Shown: positions 17,719 through 26,732 of the stretch, piece by piece | Position numbering within the stretch: position 1 is the first letter of the stretch | Layout of the letters: each line of letters begins with the position of its first letter | Source of the DNA: an uncultured bacterium | GTDB lineage: Bacteria; Omnitrophota; Omnitrophia; Omnitrophales; Abzuiibacteriaceae | Direction of reading: 5' to 3' | DNA: 64,000 bases | Assembly: GCA_964387845.1 (NCBI GenBank) | Contig: CAYLXA010000008.1 | Location: forward strand, 32,001-96,000 | Program-made: the position numbers and the translations under genes | The notes under the pieces: model-generated | Seen by the model: only the letters and a program-made list of their open reading frames with translations | The model's database searches: none | Told to the model about the DNA's origin: nothing

Positions 17719-17741
17719 ATTTTAATTAGGGAGGTAATCAC

Positions 17742-18449
17742 ATGAACACCAATGAAACGTTAAATTTAGGCCTTTCGCGCGAAGCAGTTTCCGAGCGCAG
17801 TTTTCTGTCACAGGTTTATTTGTGGATGTCTATGGCGCTTGCTTTGACGGGCATCGTGGCATTTGGATTTGCACAAAATCCGGCTGTCGTCGCCAATTTA
17901 ATGCGCAGCGGAATCGCGTTTTTCGTGATTATTATTGCACAGCTCGGGCTTGTATTTTGGTTAAGCGCCGGCATTATGCGGATGAGTCTCACGGCTGCAA
18001 CAGTCGCGTTCAGCGTTTATTCATTCCTGAACGGATTGATTTTCTCGACGCTTTTCCTGGTTTATACGGGAAGCTCAATCGCATCCACTTTCTTCGTCAC
18101 GGCCGGCACGTTTGCTGCCGTCAGTCTTTATGGCTATACGACAAAACGTGATCTGACTTCGATCGGCAGTTTCTTATTTATGGCGTTAATCGGCATGATC
18201 ATCGCTTCGATTGTAAACATGTTTCTCAAGAGTCCGGCGATGTATTGGATTTTGACCTATGCCGGTGTTGCGATTTTCGTGGGGCTCACGGCATACGACA
18301 CGCAGCGCCTGAAAAGAATCCACGAGCAGGGATTTCAAAGCGGTGAAATGCTTTCCAAAATGGCGCTATTGGGTGCGCTCGCACTTTACCTCGACTTCAT
18401 CAATTTGTTCCTGCTTCTTTTGCGGGTGATGGGCAGGCAGCGCAGTTAA
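17742..18449 (+). CDS. Bax inhibitor-1/YccA family membrane protein
   Basis: 7 TM helices with the BI-1-like C-terminal segment; 235 aa. Confidence 0.8.
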   Translation: MNTNETLNLGLSREAVSERSFLSQVYLWMSMALALTGIVAFGFAQNPAVVANLMRSGIAFFVIIIAQLGLVFWLSAGIMRMSLTAATVAFSVYSFLNGLIFSTLFLVYTGSSIASTFFVTAGTFAAVSLYGYTTKRDLTSIGSFLFMALIGMIIASIVNMFLKSPAMYWILTYAGVAIFVGLTAYDTQRLKRIHEQGFQSGEMLSKMALLGALALYLDFINLFLLLLRVMGRQRS

Positions 18450-18452
18450 TTC

Positions 18453-20087
18453 ATGAGCCTTTTCTGGATTGCGCTTTTTGTTTGCGCGGTTTTCTTGGCG
18501 GCTTATTGGACCTACGGACGGTTCTTAAGCCGCCATTTTTCTTTAAATCCAAGAGCCAAAACGCCTGCCTGCGAGATTAATGACGGTGTGGATTATGTTC
18601 CCGCCGAGAAAAACTTCCTTCTCAGCCAGCATTTTTCCGCGATTTCTGCCGCAGGGCCGATCGCTGGGCCGATCATTGCCGCCGTTTGGTTTGGCTGGCT
18701 GCCGGTGCTTTTATGGATTGTGTTAGGCGCGATTTTCTTCGGTGCTGTGCATGATTTTTCAAGTCTCGTCAATTCCGTCCGCCACCGCGCATTGTCAATC
18801 GTCGAAATTGTGCACGAATATTTAGGCCGGCGCGGTTATTTACTTTTTTCTGCTTTTGTTTGGCTGTCTTTGATTTACGTTATTACCGCTTTTGCTGATT
18901 TAACGAGCAATTCATTTGTCAATCCCGAACTGGGCGGCGGTGTTGCGGCTTCCTCAACTTTATATTTATTGATCGGCTTGGCGATGGGAATCGCGCTTTA
19001 TAAATTTCGGATGCCGCTAGGGCTCGCAACCGCCATTTTTCTTCCGCTCGTCATTTTCGCGATCTGGTTTGGCCAATATATTCCGATCGTGCTTCCGCAA
19101 CATACCTGGAACCTAATTTTATTGGTTTATTGTTTTATCGCTTCCGTGATTCCGGTATGGCTTTTGCTCCAGCCGCGCGGATTTTTGGGCGGATTTTTTC
19201 TCTATGTGACGCTTGCGGCCGGCCTCATCGGTCTTTTCTTGGGCGGGGAAACGATCCAATATCCGGCCTTCATCGGATTTAAAAGCGAAAAGGGTTTACC
19301 GCTTTTTCCGATTTTATTCGTGACGGTTGCCTGCGGCGCTTGTTCCGGATTTCACGGGATTGTGAGTTCAGGGACAACATCCAAGCAAATTGCGAAGGAG
19401 CCGGACTGCCGGATGATCGGTTATGGCGGCATGCTTTTGGAAGGTGTTGTGGCTTTGATTTCGCTTGCGACTGTGATGATTCTTGCGAAAGGTGATGCGC
19501 TCGTATCCGGTTCACCCGATCAAATTTACGCCGAAGGCCTCAGCCGTTTTGTAAGCAATTTCGGAATTCCGCGCGAATTTGCGCGTTCCTTCGCGCTTTT
19601 GGCTTTCACGACTTTCATTTATGACACACTCGATGTCGCAACGCGGCTTGCGCGTTATATTTTTCAAGAGGTAACCGGCTGGAAAAGCAATTGGGGAAAG
19701 TACGCCGCAACGTTTATCAGTCTTCTGATCCCGTTTTTTTGTGTCAGCATGAAATCGGTGGATGCTGCTGGCCATGCCGTTTCGGCGTGGCGGATTTTCT
19801 GGACGGTTTTCGGCACTTCCAATCAGCTTTTGGCGGCACTCACGCTCATGATGCTGACCGTTTGGCTTGTGAAAATTAATAAACCGTGGTGGATGAGCGG
19901 AATTCCGATGATTTTTATGTTTACGATGACCGTTTGGTCTTTATTTCTGATGGCTCAGCCGATGCTTTCCGGCTGGTTTTCTGGGAATTTTAGGCTGGAT
20001 TTGGTGGGTTCCGTATCGATCGTTCTTTTTGTCCTTACCGCGTTATTGATTGGGGAAGTGTTGAAATTGAAGAAAATATCGCATTAG
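18453..20087 (+). CDS. cstA: carbon starvation protein A (CstA) family transporter
   Basis: N-terminal ...QHFSAISAAGPIAGPIIAAVWFGWLP signature; multi-TM; 544 aa. Confidence 0.85.
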   Translation: MSLFWIALFVCAVFLAAYWTYGRFLSRHFSLNPRAKTPACEINDGVDYVPAEKNFLLSQHFSAISAAGPIAGPIIAAVWFGWLPVLLWIVLGAIFFGAVHDFSSLVNSVRHRALSIVEIVHEYLGRRGYLLFSAFVWLSLIYVITAFADLTSNSFVNPELGGGVAASSTLYLLIGLAMGIALYKFRMPLGLATAIFLPLVIFAIWFGQYIPIVLPQHTWNLILLVYCFIASVIPVWLLLQPRGFLGGFFLYVTLAAGLIGLFLGGETIQYPAFIGFKSEKGLPLFPILFVTVACGACSGFHGIVSSGTTSKQIAKEPDCRMIGYGGMLLEGVVALISLATVMILAKGDALVSGSPDQIYAEGLSRFVSNFGIPREFARSFALLAFTTFIYDTLDVATRLARYIFQEVTGWKSNWGKYAATFISLLIPFFCVSMKSVDAAGHAVSAWRIFWTVFGTSNQLLAALTLMMLTVWLVKINKPWWMSGIPMIFMFTMTVWSLFLMAQPMLSGWFSGNFRLDLVGSVSIVLFVLTALLIGEVLKLKKISH

Positions 20088-20892
20088 GCAATTCCAAGTA
20101 TTTCCGCCCCTCCTCCTTCTTTCCGCGCTTGATACAGCCCTCTCCGTAAATTTTGCATTTTGCTTCTAATTCTTTAAGCGCCAAGCCTGTTTGCTTTTCA
20201 TCTAAAATTCCTGATTTTAATATTTTTTCGATTGCTTGAATTCGGTAAAAATCCAAATTCGAAATTGTATGTGATAGTTGATCCTTGTGTCCGCCGTATT
20301 TGATGACCAATCTTTCTTTGATTAAATGAATCGGAAAACGCGCAGCGACGCGCAGCCATAAATCGTAATCTTCACAAGCAGGGAAGGATTCATCGAAGTT
20401 CCCCACGATGTCGAACAATTTCCGCCTCATCATTACAGCGGATGGGCTGACAATACATAATGGAAGACATTCTTTAAAAATCCACCCGCCAACTTTTTGA
20501 TGCTTCTTCAAAGGATTCAAATGTTTTCCGTTCCGAATCCAAATTTCATCAGTCTGACAAATCATCGCATCCGGATTGTTTTCGAAGAACTCGACCTGCC
20601 GTTCCAATTTTTTCGGCTTCCATTCATCATCCGAATCCAGAAACGCGATGAAATCGCCCTTGGCGTGTTCCAGCCCTGTGTTTCTGGCTTTACTGACACC
20701 TTGATTTTCTTTGTGAATCAGAGTGAGATGAGGATGATGTTCCAGATTGTGGACGGTTTGGTCGGTCGAGCCGTCATCAACTACGATGACTTCGAAATGT
20801 CTGTAAGTTTGCTTAAAAACCGACTCAAGCGCTCTGTTAAGCAGTTTCACGCGGTTATAGGTTGGAATAATGACGCTGACGAACGGATTCAT
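20035..20892 (-). CDS. family 2 glycosyltransferase
   Basis: VSVIIPTYNR...VIVVDDGSTDQT...DSDDEW motifs. It has a 53-nt convergent overlap with the cstA 3' end. Confidence 0.8.
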   Translation of the reverse strand: MNPFVSVIIPTYNRVKLLNRALESVFKQTYRHFEVIVVDDGSTDQTVHNLEHHPHLTLIHKENQGVSKARNTGLEHAKGDFIAFLDSDDEWKPKKLERQVEFFENNPDAMICQTDEIWIRNGKHLNPLKKHQKVGGWIFKECLPLCIVSPSAVMMRRKLFDIVGNFDESFPACEDYDLWLRVAARFPIHLIKERLVIKYGGHKDQLSHTISNLDFYRIQAIEKILKSGILDEKQTGLALKELEAKCKIYGEGCIKRGKKEEGRKYLELPNAIFSSISTLPQSITR

Positions 20893-20998
20893 AAGTCTAA
20901 ATATATCATAAAGTTATAACAGAAAACCAGAATGGCTATTTAAGGGCATTTTCTATATAATAATGGCTCTCTTTAACCTTAACCAATCTGAGCCCTAA

Positions 20999-21559
20999 AT
21001 GCTGACAAGTCAGTCGATTAAGTCGTATTTAAAAGCGCTTTCAAGCGATAGCCCGACGCCCGGAGGCGGGAGTTCGTCTGCACTTGTGGCAGCCATGGGA
21101 ACAGGGCTTCTATTAATGGTGGCCAAAATTGCGCGCCGGAAATTATCAAAAATAGAGCAAAAGGCGCTTGATAAGGTCATTAAATTACTCACCAAATGCT
21201 TGCGCGATATGGAAGCCGTCATTGACTTGGACGTCAAAGTGTATGATGCGGTGATGGCTGCTTATAAAAAGAAGGATGAAGCAAAAATTGAATCTGCGCT
21301 CGGCAATTCATTCCGGCTTCAGGCGGATCTGGCGTTCTTAATCGCGATGTCCAAAGAAACACTGCCGGCACTGTTTAAAGTTGTGAAGGGCTCGATCGGG
21401 AATGATTTGATCGTCGCGCGCGCATTTTTGGACGGCGCATTTCAAGGCGCGGTTGCGACCGCGAGAATTAATGTGAAATACATGCAATCGGCAAAGAAAG
21501 ATCATTTTAACCGTGCGCTTCAGCAGCTTGAGAAGCGGTATTACGGGATAAAAGCATAA
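20999..21559 (+). CDS. cyclodeaminase/cyclohydrolase family protein (formiminotransferase-cyclodeaminase C-domain-like; candidate methenyl-THF cyclohydrolase FchA)
   Basis: SPTPGGGSSSALVAAMGTGLLLMVAKIA motif; it sits immediately upstream of folD. Confidence 0.7.
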   Translation: MLTSQSIKSYLKALSSDSPTPGGGSSSALVAAMGTGLLLMVAKIARRKLSKIEQKALDKVIKLLTKCLRDMEAVIDLDVKVYDAVMAAYKKKDEAKIESALGNSFRLQADLAFLIAMSKETLPALFKVVKGSIGNDLIVARAFLDGAFQGAVATARINVKYMQSAKKDHFNRALQQLEKRYYGIKA

Positions 21560-21574
21560 CTAGAAAGGAAATGC

Positions 21575-21640
21575 CAAGCTCCAAATACCAAATTCCAAAA
21601 TGCGTTATTTAGAATTTGGAGTTTAGAATTTGGAATTTTA
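21575..21640 (+). terminator. rho-independent terminator-like palindrome between fchA-like gene and folD
   Basis: gctccaaataccaaattccaaa..agaatttggagtttagaatttggaatttt, a long stem followed by a T-run. Confidence 0.5.
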
Positions 21641-21645
21641 ATAAA

Positions 21646-22518
21646 ATGACTGCCAAACTTTTAGAAGGAAAAATCATAGCCGAAAAGCTGCAGAAGAAAA
21701 TTGCAGCAGAGGTGCGCGATCTGACGTCCAAAACAAAGCAAACGCCCAAAATGGTGGCAATCCGGATTAATGAAGACCAAGCCTCAGAGCTTTATTTGAA
21801 ATCACAGCGGAAAGCCGCGGAGCTTGCCGGCATGAAGCATGAAACGATTACGATTTTGGGTGCGACCGAAAGACAATTAATTCAGGCCATCGAAAAAGCC
21901 AATAAAGACGTATCCATTCATGGCATCATGATTCAAATGCCGCTTCCTCAGGATTTTCATCTCGAAAATATTTTGGATTCCATCGATCACAAGAAAGACA
22001 TCGAAGGCGTCACGAGTTTTAATTTAGGGCAATTGGTTCTCAAGAAAGACAAATTGGTTCCGTGCACGGCGCTTTCCTGCATCACTTTGATTGAAGAGAC
22101 AGGCGAGAAGCTGCGCGGCAAAGAAGCTGTGATCGTGGGCTCCAGCAAAGTCGTTGGGCGCCCGGTTTCGCTTTTACTTTTAGACCGGATGGCAACCGCG
22201 ACGGTTTGTCATATTGCGACTTCAGAAGCCGGGAAGCTTGAATCGCATGTGAAGCGTGCGGATATTTTGGTGGTGGCGGTCGGAAAAGAAAATGTAATTC
22301 CCGGGAAATGGGTCAAAGAAGGCGCGATTGTGATTGATGTCGGGATTAACCGTGTGAACGGAAAAACCGTGGGCGATGTGGAATTTGAAGAAGCAAAATC
22401 CAGAGCCAAATTCATTACGCCGGTCCCGGGCGGCGTGGGCCCAATGACGGTGACGATTTTAATGCACAATTTGGTAACGGCGTACAGGTGGCAGACAGAG
22501 AATGCGTCGTCATTCTGA
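21646..22518 (+). CDS. folD: bifunctional methylenetetrahydrofolate dehydrogenase / methenyl-THF cyclohydrolase FolD
   Basis: Start taken at ATG 21646 (MTAKLLEGKII...). Conserved FolD motifs are present (GxSxxVGxP, PGGVGPMTV). The last ~7 codons and the stop lie inside the element's left IR. Confidence 0.9.
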   Translation: MTAKLLEGKIIAEKLQKKIAAEVRDLTSKTKQTPKMVAIRINEDQASELYLKSQRKAAELAGMKHETITILGATERQLIQAIEKANKDVSIHGIMIQMPLPQDFHLENILDSIDHKKDIEGVTSFNLGQLVLKKDKLVPCTALSCITLIEETGEKLRGKEAVIVGSSKVVGRPVSLLLLDRMATATVCHIATSEAGKLESHVKRADILVVAVGKENVIPGKWVKEGAIVIDVGINRVNGKTVGDVEFEEAKSRAKFITPVPGGVGPMTVTILMHNLVTAYRWQTENASSF

Positions 22519-22888
22519 GCGTAGCGAAGAATCTCTGTTTCGATGAAGAAGGGTTACGTTTATTTGCTTGCGAACAAAGTTAACACTGTAATTTATATCG
22601 GAGTTACAAGCAATCTTGCAAAAAGAATTTGGGAACATAAAAAGAAGCTGGTAGAAGGATTTACAAAGAAATATAACGTAGACAAACTAGTTTATTATGA
22701 AATTTTCGAGTTAGTTGTTGATGCAATAAAAAGAGAAAAGCAAATTAAAGGTTGGGTCAGAAAAAAGAAAGTGGACTTAGTCGAATCACTTAACCCTAAT
22801 TGGAACGATCTATACAAGAACTTAAACGAATAAGATGTACGAGATCCTTCGCTTCGCTCAGGATGACGGGCGAAGGGTTCAGGATGAC
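22509..22888 (+). mobile_element. GIY-YIG mini-element: 25-bp imperfect terminal inverted repeats flanking a GIY-YIG endonuclease gene
   Basis: Left IR is gtcattctgagcgtagcgaagaatc (22509..22533). Right IR is gatccttcgcttcgctcaggatgac (22843..22867), followed by a partial duplicate cgaagggttcaggatgac. The element is inserted exactly between folD and panB. Confidence 0.7.
22543..22833 (+). CDS. GIY-YIG nuclease superfamily protein (96 aa)
   Basis: KGYVYLLANKVNTVIYIGVTSNLAKRIWEHK = GIY-(x10)-YIG with the conserved R and E residues. Confidence 0.85.
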   Translation: MKKGYVYLLANKVNTVIYIGVTSNLAKRIWEHKKKLVEGFTKKYNVDKLVYYEIFELVVDAIKREKQIKGWVRKKKVDLVESLNPNWNDLYKNLNE

Positions 22889-23684
22889 GATGAAAACCTC
22901 AATCCAACACATCCTTAATAAGAAAAAAGCCAAACAGAAAATCACGGCGCTTAGCACCTACGATTTTGCATTTGCGAAGCTCGTCGATCAATCAGGTGCG
23001 GATATTGTTTTGGTCGGCGATTCCGTCGGCATGGTCCAGCTCGGTTACGAATCCACGTTGCTTGTGACTTTGGATGAGATGATTCATCACACGAAGGCGG
23101 TTTCGCGCGCCGTAAAGCGTGCGCTTGTTGTGGCGGATATGCCGTATAAAACTTACGAAACAGCCGTTTCGGCGATTAAATCTGCACGGCGGTTTATTGA
23201 AGATGCCAAAGCTGATGCGGTGAAGTTAGAAGGCGGCGAGAAAGTTGTGAAGCAGGCCAAGGCACTCACACGGCTGGGTATTACAGTCATGGGCCATCTC
23301 GGAATGTTGCCGCAGTCGATTGAGAAGACAGGCGGCTATAAGGTTCAGGGTAAGGACAAAAAGCAAGCCGATCAAATTTTAAAAGATGCAAAAGCACTCG
23401 AAGAAGCCGGAGCATTTTCTATCGTTTTGGAATGCATTCCGTATGAGCTTGCGAAGAAAATCACGGAATCCATAAAAATTCCGACCATCGGAATCGGCGC
23501 CGGGCCTTATTGTGACGGACAAATTTTAGTGCTGCATGATTTACTTGGGTTTAAATCGAGTGTCAGCCCGCGCTTTGTGAGGCGCTACATGGATTTTGAT
23601 GCGCTGGCCAGTAAAGCTCTGGAGCAATTCCGCCATGATGTCGAAACCGCCAAATTTCCGTCTCTAAAAGAGAGTTTTGAGTAA
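22884..23684 (+). CDS. panB: 3-methyl-2-oxobutanoate hydroxymethyltransferase PanB
   Basis: ...ITALSTYDFAFAKL...VGDSVGMV... signature. Both candidate start codons (ATG 22884, ATG 22890) are supplied by the caggatgac motif of the element. Confidence 0.9.
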   Translation: MTMKTSIQHILNKKKAKQKITALSTYDFAFAKLVDQSGADIVLVGDSVGMVQLGYESTLLVTLDEMIHHTKAVSRAVKRALVVADMPYKTYETAVSAIKSARRFIEDAKADAVKLEGGEKVVKQAKALTRLGITVMGHLGMLPQSIEKTGGYKVQGKDKKQADQILKDAKALEEAGAFSIVLECIPYELAKKITESIKIPTIGIGAGPYCDGQILVLHDLLGFKSSVSPRFVRRYMDFDALASKALEQFRHDVETAKFPSLKESFE

Positions 23685-24505
23685 TGACCAGTTCCTATCT
23701 GATCCTTATTTTGCTAATCGTTCTTTATGCGGTTTCGTTTCTGGTACATTTAGGGAATTTTCTTAACAAAGAAACCAGATCGATCAATCCCAACCTGCTT
23801 TTTGAAATCGGATTCCTGCTCCACACATTTTTAATTTTCACGGAAGCGCGCGAAACCCAATTTTTTCTTCCGGTAACGACTTTCCGGGAAGTTTTGATCT
23901 TTTTTGCCTGGTCGCTCGCGTTTGTGTTTGTGATTTTACTCAGGCGAATCAAGCAGGAAAGTTTCGGAATTGTGCTCATTCCATTTTTGCTGAGTTTTCT
24001 GGCGGTCGCGCTCGTGATTGAAGACGGAAAAGCTATTCCGACGACTTATTTCAGCGACCATTATTTTTTGGTCCACATTTTATCGGCCTTTTTTGCTTAC
24101 GCCAGTTTCACACTTTCTTTCGTGGCGTCAGTTTTGTATTTAATTCAATCGCGCCTTATAAAATCCAAGCAGCTTGGCAGTTTTTACCACAAATTGCCGC
24201 CTTTAAATGAGCTGGAAAAATTCATTGTGTATGCAATTGCATGGGGCCTTGTGCTGCTTGGCATCGGGATTTTGAGCGGGTTTTTGTGGGCGCACAATTC
24301 GTTTAAATCTTTTTCGCTTTTGGAACCAAAAACGATTTCCAGCCTGGTGACGTGGCTGGCGTACGGCATTATTTCCTTTCTTTACCGTTTTTCCATTGTG
24401 CGCGGAAAACGGAACGCCAAAGTCGTTTCGCTGACGTTTGCACTTGTTTTGTTTACGTTTTTAGGAACCAGTTTGTTTCAAAATACTTTACATATCGGAA
24501 TGTAA
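23684..24505 (+). CDS. hemX: cytochrome c assembly (CcsA-like) membrane protein, HemX-type, upstream of hemA
   Basis: 8 TM helices; a W-rich CcsA-like segment (WLAYGIISFLYRF); sits immediately upstream of hemA as in hemAXCDBL clusters. Confidence 0.65.
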   Translation: MTSSYLILILLIVLYAVSFLVHLGNFLNKETRSINPNLLFEIGFLLHTFLIFTEARETQFFLPVTTFREVLIFFAWSLAFVFVILLRRIKQESFGIVLIPFLLSFLAVALVIEDGKAIPTTYFSDHYFLVHILSAFFAYASFTLSFVASVLYLIQSRLIKSKQLGSFYHKLPPLNELEKFIVYAIAWGLVLLGIGILSGFLWAHNSFKSFSLLEPKTISSLVTWLAYGIISFLYRFSIVRGKRNAKVVSLTFALVLFTFLGTSLFQNTLHIGM

Positions 24506-24507
24506 CC

Positions 24508-25806
24508 ATGAACCGGCTTTGCTGTATTGGAATTGACCATCATAAAACGCCCGTTGCGCTGCGCGAACGGCTCTCGATTTCGGATAAGAGAGTTCCGGAA
24601 GTGCTGGAGGCGGTCCGCAGAATCGAAGGTGTGCGCGAATGTTTTCTGCTTTCCACTTGTAACCGTTTTGAACTTTACGCGCGCGGCGATGAGTCCATTC
24701 TTCAGGCGCTCCCCAAATTTTTAAGTTCTTTGCACAATATCGAAGAAAACGAAATCAATGCGCATCGTTATTTGTTCCGCGGCGAGGAAGCTGCCCGGCA
24801 TTTGTTCCGGGTCACGTGCGGTTTGGAATCGATGGTGGTCGGCGAATACGAAATTTACGGGCAAATCAAACGGGCGTTTCAAGCCGCGATCGCAGCCGGC
24901 ACCGTCGATTCCGTAATGTTTCAGTTGATCGAACGGGCGCTTAAAATCGGCAAACGCGTCCGCGCAGAAACGAACATCAGCAAAGGCGCCGTCAGTGTTT
25001 CATCCGTTGCGGTGGAGCTTGCGGAGAAAATTTTCGGGCGTTTGAGCGGCGAGCAGGTGCTTGTGATCGGCACCGGCGAGATGAGCGAACTTGCGCTTCA
25101 GCATCTTGTTAAAGCAGGCGCCGGAAAAATTATTGTGACCAGCCGGAGTTTCGAAAGGGCGCTCGGACTTGCGCAAAAGTTCGGCGCAGAGCCCATCCCG
25201 TTTGACGAATGGCTGCGCGCGCTCAGAACAAGCGACATCGTCATTTCATCGACCGCCGCGCCGCACGCGATCATCAAAGCTGCCGACGTAAAATCGGTCA
25301 TGCAGGAGAGGCGCCGCAAGCCGCTTTTCTTTATTGATATTGCCGTGCCGCGCGATGTGGAATCGGCCGTTCAGCACATTGATGACGTCTATTTGTATAA
25401 CATTGATGATTTGCAGTCTGTGATTCACACCAACGTCCGCGAACGGAAACGCGAAATCGAAAAATGCGAAAAAATCATCGATCACGAGCTTTTGCAATTT
25501 GAAGGCTGGATCGAGCAATTAGAATTGAAACCGACTTTAAGCTGGTTTCAGAATTATTTCGAGACCGTGGTGCACGAAGAAATCGAAAAATCCCGGCCAA
25601 AATTTGCGGGCAAAGAAGATGAGCTTGAGAGTCTAATGGTGCGCGTTCGGAAGAAATTATTTCACCGGCCGCTTAAGAATCTCAAACAGGCCTCGCGCGA
25701 GGGAACGCTTTACCGGTATTTGCAAATGGTCCGCGAGCTCTTCTCCGATCATTCTCAAAAGTTCGGCCAGCCGTCGGAAAATCCAAAAGAAGATTCGCGT
25801 GTATGA
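24508..25806 (+). CDS. hemA: glutamyl-tRNA reductase HemA
   Basis: Start at ATG 24508 (MNRLCCIGIDHHKTPVALRE); active-site Cys and GxGxxG NADPH motif (VIGTGEMSELA). Confidence 0.9.
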   Translation: MNRLCCIGIDHHKTPVALRERLSISDKRVPEVLEAVRRIEGVRECFLLSTCNRFELYARGDESILQALPKFLSSLHNIEENEINAHRYLFRGEEAARHLFRVTCGLESMVVGEYEIYGQIKRAFQAAIAAGTVDSVMFQLIERALKIGKRVRAETNISKGAVSVSSVAVELAEKIFGRLSGEQVLVIGTGEMSELALQHLVKAGAGKIIVTSRSFERALGLAQKFGAEPIPFDEWLRALRTSDIVISSTAAPHAIIKAADVKSVMQERRRKPLFFIDIAVPRDVESAVQHIDDVYLYNIDDLQSVIHTNVRERKREIEKCEKIIDHELLQFEGWIEQLELKPTLSWFQNYFETVVHEEIEKSRPKFAGKEDELESLMVRVRKKLFHRPLKNLKQASREGTLYRYLQMVRELFSDHSQKFGQPSENPKEDSRV

Positions 25807-26732
25807 GTTTTTCGCTCCGGATCGGTACTCGGGGAAGCAAGCTTGCGCTTTATCAAGCGCAGCTGGTTGAATCCGGAATCCGGAAAGCTTTTCCGGATCT
25901 CAAAATCGAGACGGTGAAGATTAAAACAAAGGGCGATGCGGTTCAGCAGGGCTCCATCTCTTCGATCGGGCGCGGAATTTTTACCCGTGAAATTGAAGAA
26001 GCATTGTTGAGACGAGAAGTCGATCTGGCGGTCCACAGCGCGAAAGATTTAGAAACAGAGCTTCCGAAAGGATTGACGATCGGTGCTGTACTGGAGCGCG
26101 AAGATGCGCGCGATTGTTTGATTACGCTGGATCGGCGGAAATTCGGTGATTTGCCGAGAAAAGCCAAGATCGGTACGAGTTCTTTGAGGCGAAAAGCGCA
26201 GCTTTTGCATCTTCGGCCGGATTTCAATGTTGCCGATTTGCGCGGTAATGTGGATACGCGCGTCAAGAAGCTCGAATCCGGCGAGTTTGAAGCGATTGTG
26301 ATGGCCGCAGCCGGCATTAAACGGCTTGGGCTGTCGAGTTTGATTACGGAAATTCTGGATGACAGTAAAATGCTGCCGCAAGCCGCGCAGGGCGCTATCG
26401 CGGTTGAATTAAGGCAGGATGATCAGAAAGTGAGAGATCTTGTGAAGCTAATCAATCACGAGAAAAGTTTTCTACAAGCGGAAGCGGAACGCGCGTTTTT
26501 ACGGACTTTGCATGGCGGCTGCCAGATTCCAGTTGGGGTGAAAAGTGATTTTAATCAAACGCATTTTCATATGAAAGCTGCTGTATTTTCTTTGGACGGA
26601 AAAAAAGCGGTTCGGAATGAATTGTCGGGACCGAAAGAAAAAGCAAAAGAGCTCGGAATTCAGTTGGCTGAGAAATTATTGTCGCAGGGCGCGCGCGAAA
26701 TTCTGGAAGATATTCGAAAAAATTTAAAATGA
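25803..26732 (+). CDS. hemC: hydroxymethylbilane synthase (porphobilinogen deaminase) HemC
   Basis: IGTRGSKLALYQA N-terminus; ATGA overlap with the hemA stop. Confidence 0.9.
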   Translation: MSFSLRIGTRGSKLALYQAQLVESGIRKAFPDLKIETVKIKTKGDAVQQGSISSIGRGIFTREIEEALLRREVDLAVHSAKDLETELPKGLTIGAVLEREDARDCLITLDRRKFGDLPRKAKIGTSSLRRKAQLLHLRPDFNVADLRGNVDTRVKKLESGEFEAIVMAAAGIKRLGLSSLITEILDDSKMLPQAAQGAIAVELRQDDQKVRDLVKLINHEKSFLQAEAERAFLRTLHGGCQIPVGVKSDFNQTHFHMKAAVFSLDGKKAVRNELSGPKEKAKELGIQLAEKLLSQGAREILEDIRKNLK

